From Polyangiales bacterium (GTDB lineage Bacteria; Myxococcota_A; Polyangia; Polyangiales; Houyiibacteriaceae): a DNA stretch of 42,411 nt. Below are positions 17,764 to 27,210 of this stretch, piece by piece; positions within the stretch are counted from its first letter, which is position 1, and the number at the start of each line of letters is the position of its first letter. The notes under the pieces are model-generated. The model did not search any database, was not told the origin of the DNA, and saw nothing but the letters and a program-made list of their open reading frames with translations. The stretch is taken from positions 1 to 42,411 of the forward strand of contig JBAVOF010000314.1 in assembly GCA_049691835.1 (NCBI GenBank). The letters are read 5' to 3'. The position numbers and the translations under genes are program-made.

Positions 17764-19146
17764 TCACGGCACTTGCCGCCCGCGACGTCGATCGATGGGC
17801 GCCAGGACGAGGAATACCAAGAGACTCAAGCCGAGGGACAAGAGGAACGGGGCCTCATAGTGAAAGACGTACTTGGCGCTTGCCGAAGAGGCGAGGGCGA
17901 CCATCAGGGTGGCGCTTGCCGAGAGCGGGCCTCCACTGCGCGTGAACAGGGCTGCAATGGTGATCACAGCGATGCCAGCGGTTCCGAGCGAGTCGGCCTC
18001 GAGCACCAGGTCGTAGATGCTGTCTGCGGAAAGCGCGATGACGCAACTGACAATGCCCGACGCAATCACGAAAAGACGTGCGCTCGACAGGCGTCTCGCG
18101 TCTGCAATCGGTCGGTTGCGATTCGCGAACAAGTTGTGCGCGGCAAGGGCGCCGATCGCCAGCAAGGAAGAGTCGACGCTCGACAAGATCACCGACACGA
18201 TGGCTCCGATGAACAGGACGTAGATGAACGGTGCGAGCGTATGACGCGCGAGCTCAGGCAAAAAATCCTCGTTGCTCCCGAGCGCGATCGGATAGTGCGC
18301 GCCCAAGAGCCCAAGAAGCACCGGAACGGCGCCAAGAGCGAGATAGAATGCGCCCGCAAGCAGGGCGGCACGTTTCGAGGTCTCCGCAGTTCGGCAACCG
18401 AGCGCCCGAGAGGCGGATTCCTGTGCGATCAATGCGCCGATGACCGGAACGCACCAGATGTTGATGCGCGCCAACACCGACTCGTTCTTAGCCACCAACC
18501 GAAGCTGCGCGGGCTCGATGCGCGAGAACGACTCACTCCATCCGCCGAACGCGTGGACGAGTGCGAACAGGGTTGCGCAAAGTCCGATCAGCACGAGCAC
18601 ACCTTGGAAGATGTCGGTCCAGACGTCTCCGAGGAGCCCGCCGAGGTACGTGTAGAGGACCGCGATCACGGTGGCGGCAACAATCGCGCCCTCGAGCCCC
18701 AAGGGAGTTTCAAATGAGAGGATCTGGCCAAGCGCTCGGATTTGCGCCGCCGACCACAGGACCGATGGTGGAATCAGAACGAACGCGGCCACGCGCTCGG
18801 CAGTTGGACCGAAGCGGTCACGGTACACGTCTGCCAGGGTCATCGACCCCGTCCGCCACAAACGCGCCGCAAAGAACGCACCGAACAGCAGTAACGAAAG
18901 CGCGTAGCCAAGTGGATCTGCACGACCACCGGCTAGACCGTCTTCGCGAATTGCTGCCGACGAGCCGAGAATCGACTCCGCACCAAACCAGGTCACGAAC
19001 AGCGAAAACCCGGCCATCCAAGCCCCGAGCCTGCGGCCGGCCACCAGATAGTCGTCTTCGTGCGCCACGCGGCGCGACGCCCAGTAGCCGATGGCCAATT
19101 GTACGAGCACGAAGCCCAGGATCGCGAAGGTCGTGCCGGAGAGCAT
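17764..19146 (-). CDS. Sodium:solute symporter family transporter
   Basis: 460 aa with about 12-13 TM segments. N-terminus FAILGFVLVQLAIGYWASRRV..DDYLVAGRRLG...TWFGAES is typical of the SSF family. Confidence 0.75.
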   Translation of the reverse strand: MLSGTTFAILGFVLVQLAIGYWASRRVAHEDDYLVAGRRLGAWMAGFSLFVTWFGAESILGSSAAIREDGLAGGRADPLGYALSLLLFGAFFAARLWRTGSMTLADVYRDRFGPTAERVAAFVLIPPSVLWSAAQIRALGQILSFETPLGLEGAIVAATVIAVLYTYLGGLLGDVWTDIFQGVLVLIGLCATLFALVHAFGGWSESFSRIEPAQLRLVAKNESVLARINIWCVPVIGALIAQESASRALGCRTAETSKRAALLAGAFYLALGAVPVLLGLLGAHYPIALGSNEDFLPELARHTLAPFIYVLFIGAIVSVILSSVDSSLLAIGALAAHNLFANRNRPIADARRLSSARLFVIASGIVSCVIALSADSIYDLVLEADSLGTAGIAVITIAALFTRSGGPLSASATLMVALASSASAKYVFHYEAPFLLSLGLSLLVFLVLAPIDRRRGRQVP

Positions 19147-19195
19147 GGCGCGTCCGGACTCTCGCGCTGATGGGTTGCCGGAGTCAACGCACGAC

Positions 19196-19271
<76 letters not shown>

Positions 19272-19302
19272 CTAGCGAGTGCTCTCCGGGAGAGCGGCGA
19301 TG

Positions 19303-19331
19303 CTGGTAGCGTGACCGGGGCGGGCTGTCAA
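19303..19331 (-). promoter_or_regulatory. Candidate promoter for tRNA-Thr
   Basis: The minus strand reads TTGACA (19331-19326), 17 nt, TACCAG (19308-19303), about 30 nt upstream of the tRNA 5' end. The -10 element is weak. Confidence 0.3.
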
Positions 19332-19334
19332 TTG

Positions 19335-19349
19335 GGCACCGTCGGTGCC
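19335..19349 (-). terminator. GC-rich hairpin abutting the stop codon of the acidic-protein gene
   Basis: GGCACC-gtc-GGTGCC (6-bp stem, 3-nt loop). There is no U tract, so the terminator role is uncertain. Confidence 0.25.
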
Positions 19350-19726
19350 TACACATCCTCATCTTCGTCGTCGTCGACGACGAGATCATCCTCGGTATCG
19401 TCGTCGTCATCGTCTTCGACTTCCGGTTCTTCGTCTTCCTCGGTTTCCGGCACGGTGTACTTGAGATCCACGTCGGCATCGGCGAGCTGGGTTTCGATGA
19501 GCTCCATCAGTTCGTCCAAGTCCTCGCCGGACCACTCGTCGAGGATCTCCGAGACGAAGTCGTAGAAATCACCACTGTCGATGCGGCGTTCGATTTCCTC
19601 TATGTCATCGTCTGAAAAGACGCTGACGAGGTCTTCACGCAATGCATCGATCTCACCGTCGTCGATCGCATCGGCAACCGAGAGTCGGACGCGCTGCATC
19701 GCGCGCTTGTTCAGGAAGATCTCCAT
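19349..19726 (-). CDS. Hyper-acidic small protein of unknown function
   Basis: 125 aa. By my count about 31 Asp and 22 Glu against 8 Lys/Arg. The C-terminal third is almost pure D/E (EEDEEPEVEDDDDDDTEDDLVVDDDEDEDV). GAGG lies 7 nt upstream of the ATG, and a near-consensus promoter lies upstream. Confidence 0.65.
   Translation of the reverse strand: MEIFLNKRAMQRVRLSVADAIDDGEIDALREDLVSVFSDDDIEEIERRIDSGDFYDFVSEILDEWSGEDLDELMELIETQLADADVDLKYTVPETEEDEEPEVEDDDDDDTEDDLVVDDDEDEDV
19352..19450 (-). repeat. Low-complexity GAN-codon tract encoding the D/E tail of the acidic protein
   Basis: The plus strand reads cac atc ctc atc ttc gtc gtc gtc gac gac gag atc atc ctc ggt atc gtc gtc gtc atc gtc ttc..., which is near-trinucleotide periodic. 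Confidence 0.7.
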
Positions 19727-19758
19727 CAGAAAACCTCTAGGCCGGTCGAATCGGCGCT

Positions 19759-19786
19759 ACTATAAGAGAGCGTCGAGGGCTGTCAA
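19759..19786 (-). promoter_or_regulatory. Candidate sigma70-type promoter of the acidic-protein gene
   Basis: The minus strand reads TTGACA (19786-19781), 16 nt, TATAGT (19764-19759). This predicts a 5' UTR of about 25 nt containing GAGG 7 nt before ATG 19726. Confidence 0.45.
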
Positions 19787-19990
19787 TCTTGTCTGGGCAC
19801 GACCTCGCCTTCGATGGCACGGCCGACCCGCATGAGCAAACCACGCGACGGACCAACCGAGCTTTCTTTGAAGAAAGAGGCCTAATCGCGCAGAAATCGG
19901 TCCTCGGACCGGTGGAGATTTCGACAGCATGGCCGTAAGCTGTATCGTTGTAGTGTCTTGGCGGGGTCAGTGGATGCAGGCGGGGGCTGA

Positions 19991-21469
19991 ATGAGCGGCG
20001 ACGCGCACCGCAATGGTGATGATCAGTCGAATCCCAACGAGGGAGGCGAGACGCTGGCGCCCGCGCCCGGGTTGGAGAGCTGGAGCCGCGCGCCCGAGGC
20101 GGCAAAGGGCCCCACCCCGCAGGGCTTGTGTTTTGCGTTTTACGGCAAGACCCACGTTGGGCTCATCCGAGAGCACAACGAAGACAATCTGATGATCGCC
20201 GATCTCCGCTCCGCTTCCGGGCCCCTTCCCGGCGAGCAAGAGGTTTCAGGCTCGGTCTCGAACCGCGGAGTCGCCCTGGCGGTGTGTGACGGGATGGGGG
20301 GCGCCGCCGCAGGGGAGGTCGCCAGTCACATGGCGGTCGACACTCTGTTCGAGTTGTTGAGAGGTGACGCAGCTCCCAACGGTCGCGATGATTTCGCTCG
20401 GCGCCTGGTGGATTCCATCGAAGAGGCCGGCAACCGAATTTTCCTGTCCGCCAAAAAGGATCGCACTCGTCGGGGAATGGGAACCACCGCAACCGTCGCG
20501 GGGCTCGTCGACAAGGTGCTCTTCGTAGGCCAGGTCGGTGACAGCCGTTGCTATGTCCTCCGCGGCGATCAGCTGAGCTTGGTGACCAAGGATCAATCTC
20601 TGGTGAACCAGTTGATTGAGGCAGGGCAACTCACCGAAGCCGAAGCGTTGGCATTCGAGCATTCCAACATCATTCTCCAAGCGCTGGGTACGACCCAGCA
20701 GGTCGCCGTCGATTTGACTTTCGTCGAGCTGCGTCGCGGAGACCGCGTGCTTCTATGCTCTGATGGCCTGAGTGGCCTGGTGCCCGACGAAGCGATCCGC
20801 ATCGAAATGGCGAACGTCCGCTCGCTACCGAAGCTCGCCAATCGCCTGATCGACCTCGCGAATGCGGCGGGGGGCCACGACAACGTGACCTGCATAGTCG
20901 CCGACTTCGACGGCGATGCGCTGGACTTGCCAGAACCAGGGACGATCCCATTCTATCAACAATACCCACTTCCAAGAGGCGGCGACGCAAAGCCCCCGGT
21001 CGGTCCAACGATGCCCCAGGTGGTGAGAAGCATGGTGCCTCGCGCGATTCCGGGTCAGCGATCTGCACCTGACGAAAGCCGCTCCCCTCCGTCTGGGTCG
21101 GTGTCTTTCTCGTGGGCAACCGCGGCCTCCGTGTTGGCGCTGCTCGGCCTCGCCGCGGCGATCACCATTGCCAGCGCAGGTCGGCGCGCAAGCTCGACCC
21201 GAGCTGCGCTTGCGCCTCCGCCACCCGCATACGCCGAGAACGAGGCGCCGGTTCAGGTCAGGGTTCGCGCGGCTCTGGATCGGGGCGAGCTCTACGTCAA
21301 TGGCCAGAGCTATGGGCCTTTGCGACTCGATGAGGCGATCCTTCTGAGCTTGCTCCCTGGCTCATATCATTTCGAAGCTCGCGAATTCGATGGGACTCGA
21401 CTTGGCAAGGACGTATTGGTGGAGCCCGGGACCCCTGCGGACGTCGTGCTCATTCCGCCCGCCGATTGA
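19991..21469 (+). CDS. PP2C-family Ser/Thr phosphatase with a C-terminal TM segment and an extracytoplasmic PEGA-like domain
   Basis: 492 aa. PP2C motifs: REHNEDN, AVCDGMGGAAAGEVAS, GTTAT, VGDSRCYV, LCSDGLSG, GGHDNVTCIV. TM segment FSWATAASVLALLGLAAAITIASA (about nt 21104-21175). PEGA-like LYVNGQSYGP...LLPGSYHFEA (about nt 21251-21454). Confidence 0.85.
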   Translation: MSGDAHRNGDDQSNPNEGGETLAPAPGLESWSRAPEAAKGPTPQGLCFAFYGKTHVGLIREHNEDNLMIADLRSASGPLPGEQEVSGSVSNRGVALAVCDGMGGAAAGEVASHMAVDTLFELLRGDAAPNGRDDFARRLVDSIEEAGNRIFLSAKKDRTRRGMGTTATVAGLVDKVLFVGQVGDSRCYVLRGDQLSLVTKDQSLVNQLIEAGQLTEAEALAFEHSNIILQALGTTQQVAVDLTFVELRRGDRVLLCSDGLSGLVPDEAIRIEMANVRSLPKLANRLIDLANAAGGHDNVTCIVADFDGDALDLPEPGTIPFYQQYPLPRGGDAKPPVGPTMPQVVRSMVPRAIPGQRSAPDESRSPPSGSVSFSWATAASVLALLGLAAAITIASAGRRASSTRAALAPPPPAYAENEAPVQVRVRAALDRGELYVNGQSYGPLRLDEAILLSLLPGSYHFEAREFDGTRLGKDVLVEPGTPADVVLIPPAD

Positions 21470-21478
21470 GGTTCGGTC

Positions 21479-22063
21479 ATGATCCGATTCCGCCAAACCA
21501 AAGGGGCTGACGCGGGCCGCGAATTCGAATTCGACCAAGATCTAATCCGAATTGGCCGCATGCCCGACAGCGATGTGAATTTCGACCCGGAGGTCGACCT
21601 TGACGCATCCGGCCGGCACGCAGAAATTCGACACGAGGACGGACGCTATCTCTTGATCGACACAGGGAGCCGCAACGGAACCTGGCTGAACGGTGAGCGA
21701 ATCAAGCACGCTGCACTGCACGCGGGGGATCAGATCGAGCTCGGCCGCGGTGGGCCCGAGCTGGTGATCGCATTCGTCGAGGGGCGTCCGCTCGGCGTTC
21801 GGCCGAGCGGCCGGGCCCCAACCGCCGCAGCGCTGCGGGACCCGAGGTTTGATCCGCTCGCCATGCCGGTAACCACGGCCACGCGTCTCCAAGACCTCGT
21901 CGGGCGTCCAGATCTCATTGCAGAGAGGACGCGGGTAGCCAAGCACGATCCGGCCGTGCCCAGAAATCGGCGCCGGCGGCGCAGTTCCGCACTCCTATGG
22001 GGCGCAGTTGGTGTGCTTCTCTTGTCTGCCCTTGCGATCGTCGTCGTCGCGTCGCTCCGGTAG
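21479..22063 (+). CDS. FHA domain protein with a C-terminal membrane anchor
   Basis: 194 aa. IGRMPDSDV...SGRHAEI...IDTGSRNGTWLNGERI is the FHA signature. The tail RRRRRSSALLWGAVGVLLLSALAIVVVASL forms the anchor. The gene starts 9 nt after the PP2C stop. Confidence 0.85.
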   Translation: MIRFRQTKGADAGREFEFDQDLIRIGRMPDSDVNFDPEVDLDASGRHAEIRHEDGRYLLIDTGSRNGTWLNGERIKHAALHAGDQIELGRGGPELVIAFVEGRPLGVRPSGRAPTAAALRDPRFDPLAMPVTTATRLQDLVGRPDLIAERTRVAKHDPAVPRNRRRRRSSALLWGAVGVLLLSALAIVVVASLR

Positions 22064-22113
22064 CTCGCCCGTATCGGCGCGCGTGGTCCAGCAACGTCGG
22101 GCTCGCGCTCTGC

Positions 22114-23838
22114 TCAGACACCGTCGACCGCAGCAAGGTCTGCGACCAGGCGGTCGAGCACATCGAGCGCCTGCTTTTTCGACGCCGACAGGTCGTCCCG
22201 GCGGTGAACCGGAGCGCTTGCATGGAAATAGTACTTGAGCTTCGGCTCCGTCCCGCTCGGACGCAGCATGACCCGATGCCCGCCCTGGAGCTCGAAGATC
22301 AGGACATTGCTCGTCGCGAATCCGGTGAGCGCAGTCAGCCCTGCCGGGGTCCACTGCACTTGCCGACCCAGGTCCTGCATTCGAAGCACGGCTTGTCCGC
22401 CGATCTGGGACGGAGGCGCCTGGCGGAAGCGATCGACCAGCTCGTTCATTCGAGCCCAGGCATCGGAACCCTCGAACCGCACCGAGATCTGACGGTCCGC
22501 GAAGAACCCGTGCCGGCGCCAAAGTGCATCCCGTGCGTCCAGCAGTGTCTCTCCACGAACCTTGAGACATGCGGCCAAGCTTGTGATCAGCAGCGCGGAG
22601 CTGATGCCGTCCTTGTCACGCACTGCGGCGCAGGGCGCGTATCCCAGTGCTTCTTCGTAGCCAAAGACGTACGCGTAGCCTTCTTGCTCGAGCTCCATAG
22701 CCCGATTCTGAATCCACTTGTGTCCCGTCAAGGTTTGCTCCCAGCGAGCTCCATGGCAGGAAGCGACCAAGCCGAGCATCGGGCTGCTCACCACGGTCGA
22801 GATCACAACGGGCGTCGCCGTCCCCTGATAACGGTCGAGCAGTTCCTGGGCCAAGAGCACACCGAGTTCGTTTCCGGAAAGCAGCTCGAAGCCCCGCTCG
22901 CCCCGGACGGCAACGGCCACGCGGTCACCGTCCGGGTCGTTCGCGATCGCGAGATCGGCTTTGACCCGCTCGCCCAAAGCGAGTACCCGGTCCATCGCTC
23001 CCGGCTCCTCTGGGTTGGGAAACGCAACGGTGGGAAAGCGGCCGTCGGCGGCCGCCTGCTCAGCCACACTGTGCACATCCTCGAAGCCCCCGCGGGCAAG
23101 CACCTCTCGGAAGACGCCTTCTGCGACCCCGTGAAGGGCGGTATAGGCCACGCGAACGTGCGCATGAGCACCGGAGGGCCCGAGCTCCGCGGCGATGCGG
23201 CCGACGTACTGTTCTCGGATGAAGTCGGCTTCACGAAGCAACTCCCCGGTCCGCGCCTCTTGGATCGACGCCCGAGGAATCTGCACGAAGAGTGGGGCGC
23301 GCGCGATTTCCGAGGCGATCCCGCTGTCGTTGGGCGGGATGATCTGCGCCCCGTTTTGCCAGTAGACCTTGAAGCCGTTGTACCCAGGAGGGTTGTGACT
23401 CGCGGTGATCATGACTCCGGCCGCCGCGCGAAGCTGCAACACCGCAAATGCTAGGATCGGCGTCGGTACGACGTCGCCGAACATCCACACCGGGATGCTC
23501 GCGCCAGCGGCGATTTCGACGACGTCACGCTCGAATACGTCGCTGTTCACCCGAGCGTCCCGACCCACGCAGATGCCCCGGGAGGTTACCTCTGGCACCC
23601 GTTGCTTCAACCAAGCACAGAGCCCTGCGGTTGCACGCGCGACCGTCACCCGATTCATGCGCATGGGGCCCGCACCCAGCAGCCCGCGAAGCCCTGCGGT
23701 TCCGAACTCCAGCGTCCCGGCGAAGCGCGCCTCGAGCTCGGCAAGATCGCCGCGGTCGATCAGAGCTTCAAGCTCCAGCCTGGTTTCGGGATCCGGATCC
23801 TGGGCGACCCAGGACCACGCTCTATCGATGATGCTCAC
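22114..23838 (-). CDS. Phospho-sugar mutase (phosphoglucomutase/phosphomannomutase family)
   Basis: 574 aa. Active-site [15 protein letters not shown] and metal loop [11 protein letters not shown]. The ATG overlaps the upstream gene's stop (ATGA at 23835-23838). Confidence 0.85.
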   Translation of the reverse strand: MSIIDRAWSWVAQDPDPETRLELEALIDRGDLAELEARFAGTLEFGTAGLRGLLGAGPMRMNRVTVARATAGLCAWLKQRVPEVTSRGICVGRDARVNSDVFERDVVEIAAGASIPVWMFGDVVPTPILAFAVLQLRAAAGVMITASHNPPGYNGFKVYWQNGAQIIPPNDSGIASEIARAPLFVQIPRASIQEARTGELLREADFIREQYVGRIAAELGPSGAHAHVRVAYTALHGVAEGVFREVLARGGFEDVHSVAEQAAADGRFPTVAFPNPEEPGAMDRVLALGERVKADLAIANDPDGDRVAVAVRGERGFELLSGNELGVLLAQELLDRYQGTATPVVISTVVSSPMLGLVASCHGARWEQTLTGHKWIQNRAMELEQEGYAYVFGYEEALGYAPCAAVRDKDGISSALLITSLAACLKVRGETLLDARDALWRRHGFFADRQISVRFEGSDAWARMNELVDRFRQAPPSQIGGQAVLRMQDLGRQVQWTPAGLTALTGFATSNVLIFELQGGHRVMLRPSGTEPKLKYYFHASAPVHRRDDLSASKKQALDVLDRLVADLAAVDGV

Positions 23839-25193
23839 GCTGTCGCCTCGCCTAGCACCTCGTCCTGAATGTACGTCCGCTCCTTGTACCAGATGGCGAC
23901 CGGAACGAAGAGGACTGCGGTGACCGCCATGGCGGCAGCAAAGAACAAGTAATACGACGGCCCATCGAGCTTGCTCGTGCCATCCGGGTTTTGAATGACG
24001 AAGTTGACCCCGGCCGTGAAGAGATTTCCGAGCGAAACACTCATGAAAAATGCACCCATCACCAGCGACTTCATCTTCTTAGGCGCCTGGGAGTACGAGA
24101 ATTCCAGTGCAGTGATCGACACGAGGACTTCGGCGGAAGTCAAGATGACGTACCCGCCCAGCTGCCAGATGATGTTGACGTTTTCGCCTGCATCGAGCCG
24201 GGTTTCGAGCCAGGCAGGCAGCAGGAACGCGGGCACGGTCAGGAAGAGCCCGATGCCGATCCTCCTCAGCGGCGTGAGACGCCAGAATCTCCCGACTCCC
24301 GGGTAGATGACCCTGTTGAACAGAGGAATGAAGAGAAGCACCAAGGCTGGATTGAGCCATTGCGCCTGAGAGGGGTCCCAGTCGACGATGAAATGACGGT
24401 CCATCCGTCGCGCCTGGAGGACCCATGCAGAACCCTGCTGATCGAACAAGGCCCAGAACATTAAAATGAACACGTAGATGATCGACAGCTTGGCAAGTGC
24501 CGCGAGACCTTCGGCGCTGAAGACTTCCCGCAGAAACGCTGTGCCGCCCGGGGGGATGTGCACGAATCTTTGCCGGCCCATCCAGAACACCAGGGTCGCG
24601 ATCGCCATCAAAACCCCAGGCACTCCGAACGCCACCGAGGGGCCGAAATGCTGCAGCAGAGGCTCGGCAAACAGTATCGATGCGAGCGCGCCCACATTGA
24701 TCGAGAAGTAGAACCAGCCGAAGACCTTTGGCAGGAGGTTCGCATTGGTGTGGCCGAACTGATCACCCACGTGGGCTGACACGCAGGGCTTGATGCCGCC
24801 TGACCCGATGGCGATGAGACCGAGTCCGAGCACCAATCCCGTCCGCGTGTCGTCGACTGCCAGCGCCAAATGGCCCAGGCAGTAAACGATCGACAAGGCC
24901 ATGATCGTTCGGAACTTTCCGAGGAACGCGTCCGCGAGGATGGCGCCGAAGATCGGAAAGAAATACACGGCCCAGACGAACCCGTGGAACCAGGTCTTGG
25001 CTTGCTCGTCCGTCATGAGGGCGGGCTCGCCCTGGGCGTTCATCAGGAATCTGGTCATGAAGATGACCAAGATCGCCCGCATGCCGTAGAAGCTGTATCG
25101 TTCCGCGGCTTCGTTTCCGACGATGTACGGGATCCCTGGCGGCATCCCACGCAGTGGCGCCGGCGAGGTGCGGTAGCGAGCTTTGGAGACCAT
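23835..25193 (-). CDS. POT/PTR2 family proton-dependent oligopeptide transporter
   Basis: Track ORF 23835..25463 trimmed to ATG 25193 (MVSKARY...). The ExxERFxYYG-type motif [17 protein letters not shown] is present, with about 12+ TM segments. AGGA lies 8 nt upstream of this ATG. Confidence 0.8.
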   Translation of the reverse strand: MVSKARYRTSPAPLRGMPPGIPYIVGNEAAERYSFYGMRAILVIFMTRFLMNAQGEPALMTDEQAKTWFHGFVWAVYFFPIFGAILADAFLGKFRTIMALSIVYCLGHLALAVDDTRTGLVLGLGLIAIGSGGIKPCVSAHVGDQFGHTNANLLPKVFGWFYFSINVGALASILFAEPLLQHFGPSVAFGVPGVLMAIATLVFWMGRQRFVHIPPGGTAFLREVFSAEGLAALAKLSIIYVFILMFWALFDQQGSAWVLQARRMDRHFIVDWDPSQAQWLNPALVLLFIPLFNRVIYPGVGRFWRLTPLRRIGIGLFLTVPAFLLPAWLETRLDAGENVNIIWQLGGYVILTSAEVLVSITALEFSYSQAPKKMKSLVMGAFFMSVSLGNLFTAGVNFVIQNPDGTSKLDGPSYYLFFAAAMAVTAVLFVPVAIWYKERTYIQDEVLGEATA

Positions 25194-25377
25194 GGATGCA
25201 ATCCTAGCGGAGTTTTTTTGTGGCAGCGGCTTCTTGGTCCGCGTTCTGGAGCGTATTGTCTCCGCTTTTTTGTGCCGAAATGGTACTAGAAGCAACACTG
25301 TCTTGCGCATTGAGGGGCTTCGGCTGATGGCAGGGATGCAAATGGAGGACCGAGTGAAAAAGAGCGATGACCTAGGG

Positions 25378-27147
25378 ATGTTCAATCGGGGTTGGGTCGC
25401 AGCACAGCTAGCCATGTGGGTCGGCGTGCTCAGCGCCGCCTCGGGGGCGTCGGCACAGGGCACGGCGCCCGGCTCGACGCAGATCGATTTGAATCAATTC
25501 CGACCAGCCGAGTTGGCCACGGACGGCTTTGCGACGAGCACTGCGGATGGCCAGGGTCACAAGCGCTTCGGGATCATGGTGTACATCGACTACAACGATG
25601 ATGCGCTCGTGTTCTCGGACAACAGCGACGAGTCGAACGCCTCTGTGGTGCATCGTCAGCTGACCGGACACATCAACTGGAACTTGGGGCTGTGGGATCA
25701 TCTCGTCCTCTATATGGACATCCCCTACCACTTCATCATCGATTCGGGGCAGAACGCCCAAGCGGGGCTGCCTCAGAACCCACCGGGTTACTATGACTAT
25801 TTGCTCCCCAATGGTGCCCACTTCGGCGATGTCTACTTCGGCGCGCGAGGCAACCTCTTCGGGACGCGGTTCGACATATTTCAACTCGCCTTGCAGGCGA
25901 CGTTGACGGTCAACACCTCCTCGCTTTCCGACAATCAGCAGAGGTATGCTGGCCAGGTTGACAAGTCACCATACATCGGCGGTTGGTTCGAGCTCTTGAT
26001 GACCTTGAACGCCGGCGACGTGGTCCGCATTCCGCTGCAGTTCGGCTACAAGCTGAGCACGCAGGGCCAGGCGGTCACACCGAATCTCTTCGTGGGCAAC
26101 GAGTTCACCTTCGGGGGCGGCCTCCTGTTCATGCTCGGCCAGGACAAGTTCATGATCTCCGCTGAAACGTTCGGCCGAACTGCTGCCAACAGCACCGTCG
26201 ACTGGTGGACCCGCGAGGAGACACCGCTCGAGGTCCTTGGCGGTTTCAAGTACCTGCACCCGAAGGGTTTCGTCGTGGGTGTCTCGGGGAGCGCGGGAGT
26301 GACGGCGGGTTACGGTGCGCCCGATTGGCGAACCGTCGGGATGATCGGGTACACGATGCCAGGGCCCGAAGAGGTGTTGGACGCCGACGGGGACGGAATC
26401 TTGGATGACGTCGACCAGTGCCCGAACGAGCCCGAAGACATCGACGGCTTCCAGGATGAAGACGGATGCCCCGATCCAGACAACGATGGTGACGGCGTTC
26501 TCGACGTCAACGATGGTTGCCCGAATGACCCCGAGGACGTCGACGGTTTCCAAGACGAGGACGGCTGTCCAGATCCGGACAACGATGGCGACGGCATCCT
26601 CGATGTCGACGATCAGTGTCCGAACGAGCCCGGCACGCCGGAGAACAACGGCTGTCCGGACCCGGATCGCGATGGCGATGGTGTTCCAGACCGAATCGAC
26701 AACTGCCCGGATGAGCCCGGGACCGTCGAAAATCAAGGCTGCCAGGCGCCTCAGCTGGTGCGGATCGGGGAAGGCCGACTCGAGATCCTCGAGATGGTCT
26801 ACTTCAAGACCGGAAGCGCGCAGATCCAAAAGCGCTCCGACGCGCTACTCGACAACGTGGCGAAGGTCATGCTCGCGCACCCCGAGATCAAGCTGGTTCG
26901 GGTCGAGGGGCACACGGACAGCACCGGCAGTCTCAAGTTCAACATGAGACTGTCGAAGCAGCGTGCCGATTCGGTGGTACGGTACCTCGTCAAACGAGGC
27001 GGGGTCGCCAAGGAGCGGCTGATATCCGAAGGCTTCGGGCCGACCCGTCCGCTGGTTCCCGACGCCAAGACGAAGGACGAGCTCGCGCAGAATCGACGGG
27101 TGGAGTTCCACGTCGTCGAAGTGGCGGAAGAGAGCGCGGCAGAATAG
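25378..27147 (+). CDS. Outer-membrane OmpA-family protein with thrombospondin type-3 (Ca-binding) repeats
   Basis: Track ORF 25183..27147 trimmed to ATG 25378, giving the signal peptide [28 protein letters not shown]. Alternative ATGs are at 25342 and 25336. Four DxDxDG..D.CP TSP3 repeats are present. The C-terminal OmpA_C domain has [10 protein letters not shown]...[10 protein letters not shown]...N..LS..RA..V...L. Confidence 0.85.
   Translation: MFNRGWVAAQLAMWVGVLSAASGASAQGTAPGSTQIDLNQFRPAELATDGFATSTADGQGHKRFGIMVYIDYNDDALVFSDNSDESNASVVHRQLTGHINWNLGLWDHLVLYMDIPYHFIIDSGQNAQAGLPQNPPGYYDYLLPNGAHFGDVYFGARGNLFGTRFDIFQLALQATLTVNTSSLSDNQQRYAGQVDKSPYIGGWFELLMTLNAGDVVRIPLQFGYKLSTQGQAVTPNLFVGNEFTFGGGLLFMLGQDKFMISAETFGRTAANSTVDWWTREETPLEVLGGFKYLHPKGFVVGVSGSAGVTAGYGAPDWRTVGMIGYTMPGPEEVLDADGDGILDDVDQCPNEPEDIDGFQDEDGCPDPDNDGDGVLDVNDGCPNDPEDVDGFQDEDGCPDPDNDGDGILDVDDQCPNEPGTPENNGCPDPDRDGDGVPDRIDNCPDEPGTVENQGCQAPQLVRIGEGRLEILEMVYFKTGSAQIQKRSDALLDNVAKVMLAHPEIKLVRVEGHTDSTGSLKFNMRLSKQRADSVVRYLVKRGGVAKERLISEGFGPTRPLVPDAKTKDELAQNRRVEFHVVEVAEESAAE
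26380..26745 (+). repeat. In-frame tandem repeats (about 99 nt, 4 copies, last two diverged) encoding TSP type-3 repeats
   Basis: [33 protein letters not shown] / [33 protein letters not shown] / [29 protein letters not shown] / [27 protein letters not shown]. The first two units are also clearly similar at the nucleotide level. Confidence 0.8.
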
Positions 27148-27210
27148 CTCTCGGCGGTGCCCTCCGGGGCCCATCACGGCGCGGCGGGCTCCAGGCTTTG
27201 GTCTGGGGCC

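Noticed and set aside
21997-23454. A 485-aa plus-strand ORF.
   Set aside because: It is antisense to the phospho-sugar mutase gene, which carries clear catalytic motifs. Its composition is Arg/Pro/His-rich and no motifs are present.
25283-25312. TGGTAC...TTGCGC resembling a sigma54 -24/-12 promoter upstream of the OmpA gene.
   Set aside because: The spacing between the GG and GC elements is about 16 nt too long for the TGGCAC-N5-TTGC geometry.
26380-26745. Regularly spaced repeats that at first glance could be a CRISPR-like or VNTR array.
   Set aside because: The repeats are in frame inside the OmpA-family ORF and encode canonical thrombospondin type-3 calcium-binding repeats. There are no unique spacers between them.
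25966-26829. A 287-aa minus-strand ORF, plus other long antisense ORFs (13720..14643, 17773..18717, 32230..33060, 35036..35656, 1871..2563).
   Set aside because: Each lies opposite a gene with strong family motifs, and none shows motifs of its own. They are treated as high-GC artefacts.
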